A stretch of DNA of 63,237 nt, filler included, from Stramenopiles sp. TOSAG23-6 (Eukaryota): assembly GCA_900128565.1 (NCBI GenBank). It is 8 parts of 8 records of this genome, joined end to end, with 100 filler letters (N's around TTAATTAATTAA, not from the genome) between each part and the next. Parts side by side here need not be neighbours in the genome. Positions count along the whole stretch, not along the records: positions 58,839 to 60,238 come from LT639114.1; positions 60,339 to 61,738 come from LT639115.1; positions 61,839 to 63,237 come from LT639116.1; 5 more parts are not named here. One strand, given 5' to 3'. Under the pieces are notes generated by a model. The model worked only from the letters and a program-made list of their open reading frames with translations. It did no database searches and had not been told where the DNA came from. Positions 58,839 through 63,237 of the stretch are shown here, in pieces. Position 1 is the first letter of the stretch; every line of letters starts with the position of its first letter. A program made the translations under genes and the position numbers.

Positions 58839-60213
58839 TTGATTTTGAAAATTTGTTATATTGACAAAATTGTGCATATTTTTCATGTGATTTGGCAAGT
58901 TTTATTTGAAATGTAGCTATTTGTAATGTCCATTGATGTTTTTGTATTTGCTGTTTTTGTTGTATTTCAGTATTTTTTTGTTCATTAGGGTTAGGGTTTA
59001 CAGGGTTAGGGTCAACAATTATTTTTTTTTTTTGTATTGAAAATAAATTTTGTTTTTTTTCTTTAGTTGATTTTTTTGTCATACAATCAACATTTTCAAG
59101 AGTACAAATAAGCACAGGACTTGATGAATCATTTAAATTCATTGGAATGACAAAAGCTAAAAAATCAATTTTTAATTCTACAAAAATTCGTTTTGAATGA
59201 ATCATTGCATCAGCAAAAATATTTCGTGATTCTTGAATTGATTCTATTAATTTACGGTTTGTAAGTTTTTTAGGTTTTTCAGGTTTTTTAGGGTAATTAT
59301 CTGAGTCTGGAATATTGTTTGTAGTGTTGTTGTTTGTATATATTTCACTATTTTTTATATTTTTTTCAATATTNTTTTCAATATTTTTTTCAATGTTTTC
59401 AATTTCAATATTTTTTTCAATTTCTGGAGTTGAAAAAAATAAAAGTAAAAATTCAATACATCGTTTGTTATACACAAATAAAATAGGAGAAATTTGAAAT
59501 TGAACATTCATATCTAATANATCATCTGGAGGATTTTTATGAATGAAAATACGAGCTATACATTTTCTATTTGTACCTTTTTCGTGTTTTTCATGTTTTT
59601 CGTGTTTTTCATGTTTTTGATATTTTGGTTTAATTATATATTTAAATTCATTGTTTGAATTATTTCCATTATTTTCACTATAATNATCATTAATATTGTC
59701 ACAAACCTGTAATGAATCCAAAAGTAGTTCAATAGTATTTGACATAATCATTTTTTTATAATGATATGATCCTTCAAACATAATCATCAAAGACGATTTT
59801 TTATCAAATTTTTCATTTTTAGCAAAATCATCAAAACTTTTCGTACGAAATGTTGTACCTAACGATTTATCAAAAAAATGTTCAGTCACTAGTGATATTC
59901 TACAACATTTTAGATGTAACTGAATATCAGTCATAATATAATCTATAGGTACCTGATAAGTATTGATATTCACAGCATCTTGTGAGCTTAATGTAGTGAT
60001 ATCCATACCCAATTTTTGACTTAAAGAAAAAATATCTACTTCAAAATCATCATCAATTCCATGTATTTTAGAAAAATATTTCAAAAAAATTCTAAAAAAT
60101 TTGTTAGGTACAACATTTANTATNAAAAAAAAATTCGATTTTTTTGCNAAAAAAANAATAAAACATACATTCTCCCCAATGGCCCAATTGTACCAACCTG
60201 CCCAAGAATAATC
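58839..60213 (-). CDS. VPS13: VPS13-family lipid-transfer protein, internal fragment; exons 60213-60169 and 60060-58839
   Basis: SWAGWYNWAIG, NPPDD...ISPILFVYNKRCIEFLLLFF, FVIPMNLND...VLICTLENV resemble the VPS13 N-terminal region (recognised by eye). Confidence 0.7.
60061..60168 (-). other. Introner-like GT-AT intron (108 nt, phase 0)
   Basis: AT|GTATGT...CTAAAATACAT|G; restores frame. Confidence 0.85.
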
Positions 60214-60238
60214 CTATATTGTGAAGGGAAAAAAAAAA
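60214..60238 (-). other. 3' end of an intron ending in AG
   Basis: TTCACAATATAG, family-like 3' motif; rest in gap. Confidence 0.6.
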
Positions 60239-60338
60239 NNNNNNNNNNNNNNNNNNNNNNNNNNNNNNNNNNNNNNNNNNNNTTAATTAATTAANNNNNN
60301 NNNNNNNNNNNNNNNNNNNNNNNNNNNNNNNNNNNNNN

Positions 60339-61642
60339 TTTCTTTCCTTTAAACGAGACTTTGAACATTCAGTTTCTGTTGAATGTAGACGTGTTATGAG
60401 TGCTTGTTCTTCCTGTTGAGTATTTCGTTTTGATTTTGAATGAGTACGAAGAACTGAAATTTCTTTGTTTTTCATTGATTTCTTTGAACTACTCCAGATT
60501 GGCCTTTTCGGTGTTGATTTTATAATTTTGTGTTCTGATCTGCTTTTAGTTTTTCGGTGTGGATGTACTTTTTTTTTTCTCTCTCCATTTTGATAATGAC
60601 TTTTATGTCCATTTTTATAATAACTTTTATATCCATTTTGATGTCTATCTTCAGACACTAACCATCTTGCTTTATTACACCCAATACCATCTACATTATC
60701 AAATTCATTGATTTCAATGGGACCACCGTTTACCCAACTATTACTCTGTCCACTTTCTTTAAAATCATCCCCCAAACGTAAAAATGAAGCATTTGTATCA
60801 TCAAAGTTATTGTCCACTGCTAAAATCCGTTTATGTATGTTCGCTTCAAAAGATCTTTCTTCTATTTTATCATCCAAACTTTGCTGTAGCTTCCATAAAT
60901 CCGAAATTGGCGGACGATTTCTTTCATACTCATCTGCTACATCCAAAATTGGTGGACGGTTTCTTTCATACTCATCTGCTCCACTTTTTTGCTTTCCTTG
61001 TTTTTTCTTTGGTTTTGTTGTCTGTTTCAAAGACCGATGGATAATTTTCGTATTCTGAATTGCGCTGATTCCTGATTTATTTTTATCTTTTCGACTTGAA
61101 TGGCTAAAACTGGAGCTATGATTTTTTGTTCCATCATAATCCTGCCTATGAGTTTTTTTGTCATTTATGAAACTTCGACTTTGTACTTTTTTTTTTCTTC
61201 TTTTTCTTTTTTTTATACCGATGTTTTTATCATTATCTAAGGTTTTCATGACACTATGGAGAATTGAAGTGTCATCGTTATCAAGCACAGCGTTCGCAAC
61301 AATACAAAGTTGTTCAATTTTTCTTGCTTTCCATTTTTCTTTTTCCCAATTTGTATTATGTACTATATCATTGTAGTTTTTCTCAGATAAACCTAATGAT
61401 AACTCCTCCATTTCAACCTCTACCTTTGCAGCATTTGCCAATGGGGATGTTAATATAGGTTCAGCGGGTATCGGCCCCTCTTCTACTAATGTTTCATTTA
61501 TTTCTGAATAAATTTGTTTCTCTAATTGTTTTATTTTAGATTCCATTACACTTTGCTGTTTTTTAGAGCTGTTTTTTATTTCCATAATCATATTATGAAG
61601 ACGTGATGAATCTTCGGACTGATCAGATAATTGCAATTTCAT
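60339..61642 (-). CDS. Unknown Lys-rich protein fragment
   Basis: >430-aa ORF; 42-bp duplication ADEYERNRPPI; contig has 55-bp terminal direct repeat. Confidence 0.6.
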
Positions 61643-61838
61643 TGCATCGAGTTTTTGTTGGAGAGCTGCATTTTTAATTACTTTTTCTTTCCTTTAAACG
61701 AGACTTTGAACATTCAGTTTCTGTTGAATGTAGACGTGNNNNNNNNNNNNNNNNNNNNNNNNNNNNNNNNNNNNNNNNNNNNTTAATTAATTAANNNNNN
61801 NNNNNNNNNNNNNNNNNNNNNNNNNNNNNNNNNNNNNN

Positions 61839-63181
61839 AGCAGCATTTGAACGATACATTGCACCATTTTCAGCAGCATTTGAACGATACATTACACCAT
61901 TTTCAGTAGAAAATTGTAAGTGGTTTTGTTTCCTCATTGATGATATTTCCCCTCGAAATGACGATTCAGATGATGATCCAAGAAATGGCAATGATTTGCT
62001 ACACTTTGGAGCATTCATGATTTCATCGAATGCCTCTCTGAATGATCCTCTTCGATTTGAAGTAGATCGTCGCTTGGTCAAACTTGACATATACTATAAA
62101 AAATATAAAAATTAAAAATTGTTTAGGTACAANATTTCNTATNAAAAAAAATCCGAAACATTCATGTGTAAAATGTATCGAAATAAAAACTAAAGAAAGC
62201 TGTTAGGTACAACATTTCGTATGAAAAAAAAATCCGAAACATTCATGAGTAAAATGTACATAATGCTTGTTGGCGAAGTATCAAACCGTTTAAACTNGTA
62301 ATTCGGTATTCTTGCTCTCTGTTCCATCTCCTTTACAGCCATATCAAAATCAGAAAGACCGCCAGGATTAGGTGGAGGGAATTCATAAGAACATCTTTCA
62401 CGATGTATTGTAAAAAAAATTGAAATTTTTGAAAAAATGTTAGCTTAGCTAAAGATGAAATACAAAATAATTATTAGGTACAAAATTTCGTATGAAAACA
62501 AATATAAAGTACACTTGGATGAGCCCGTTGGACACTCTCTACAGTTGCACCTTCGGCAAAAATTGCATCTAATTTTGCTTCAGTTTCTTTTTTCGTCAAA
62601 CCACCAAAGAATCTCGAACCAAAATTCAAGTGTAAAGGAAATCTCTCAGCGGGTAGACTATTACATGTATTGTGAAAAATATTTTTTTTTGTAAAATTTG
62701 TTAGGTACGGAATTTCGTACGAAAAAAAAATTTAGACAAAAAATTGAAAAAAATAAAAGATACATGGAAAACCATTATCCAACAATGATAGTACTTCTCT
62801 ACGTTTAGGCTTCTCATTTTTTTCGTGATATTTGACAAACGATTCAAATGCATAGTGAAAAAATATTTAAAAAATTTTTAATTTGTTTGGTACAAAAATG
62901 TTTTGAAAAAAAATAAATTTAAAATTCATGCTGAAAAACATATTCCAAAAAAACAAAAAAAAAAAGTTTTTGTTTTTTTTGTTAGGTACAAAATTTCGTA
63001 TGAAAAAAAAATTAAAATTCATGATGAAAAACATACACGCACTTTCATTAACTTCGACAACATCTTCAGATACAGATATCTTTTTGATTTTCTTGTTATA
63101 GTATTTACCACTTGTTTTAACGAGAACTTGGGACTTTATTTCGAAAATATGAGGATACTTTGAAAGAAAATCTTTTACCAT
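61839..63181 (-). CDS. Unknown protein fragment; exons 63181-63037, 62847-62764, 62664-62513, 62402-62260, 62088-61839
   Basis: Continuous open frame only after removing four GT-AT introns. Confidence 0.72.
62089..62259 (-). other. Introner-like GT-AT intron with internal duplication (171 nt, phase 2)
   Basis: AT|GTACAT...two cores...TATAGTATAT|G; the TAG just upstream leads to a stop. Confidence 0.78.
62403..62512 (-). other. Introner-like GT-AT intron (110 nt, phase 0)
   Basis: GTACTT...TACCTAAT...GCTAAC...TTACAATACAT. Confidence 0.8.
62665..62763 (-). other. Introner-like GT-AT intron (99 nt, phase 1)
   Basis: CAT|GTATCT...TACCTAAC...TTCACAATACAT|GT. Confidence 0.85.
62848..63036 (-). 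other. Introner-like GT-AT intron with internal duplication (189 nt, phase 1)
   Basis: GTATGT...two cores...TTCACTATGCAT. Confidence 0.8.
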
Positions 63182-63237
63182 TTTGTAAACAATATTCTAC
63201 ATTTTAAAATTTTAGCATATATTACAAAATTGTATAC

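Noticed and set aside
62665-62763. U12 (minor) intron class for the family
   Set aside because: Only this donor resembles RTATCCTT; most are GTAYGT/GTAAGT and the branch motif is CCTAAC, not TCCTTAAC, and lies far from the 3' end

Overview
AT-rich eukaryotic (protist-like) genomic DNA made of 8 contigs joined by artificial N44-TTAATTAATTAA-N44 linkers. Positions 1-11680 are repeated almost identically at 35322-46983 (redundant or allelic contig). Genes include a class-V aminotransferase, a SHIPPO-repeat protein, giant coiled-coil proteins, an MYCBP2-like RING-Cys-relay E3 ligase, a PPR-like protein, ADAT3, an ankyrin/EF-hand/actin-fold fusion, F-box proteins and a VPS13 fragment. The main discovery is that almost all introns I could identify belong to one ~90-190 nt repeat family: 18 complete and 7 truncated copies, consensus GTAYGTTTT...TTTCGTACGAAATTTTGTACCTAAC...ATATTTTTCMMAATACAT. 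They have a normal donor and a CTAAC branch motif but end in AT instead of AG (15 GT-AT, 2 AT-AT, 1 GT-AG). All 16 frame-testable AT-ending copies restore the reading frame when removed at the AT. The ends look like a short GTAT...ATAC inverted repeat flanked by an AT (or AG) duplication, i.e. an introner-like transposon creating non-canonical spliceosomal introns. Also present: a PIF/Harbinger-type MITE and a Helentron/DINE-1-like non-autonomous element. Splicing is inferred from DNA only and needs RNA confirmation.
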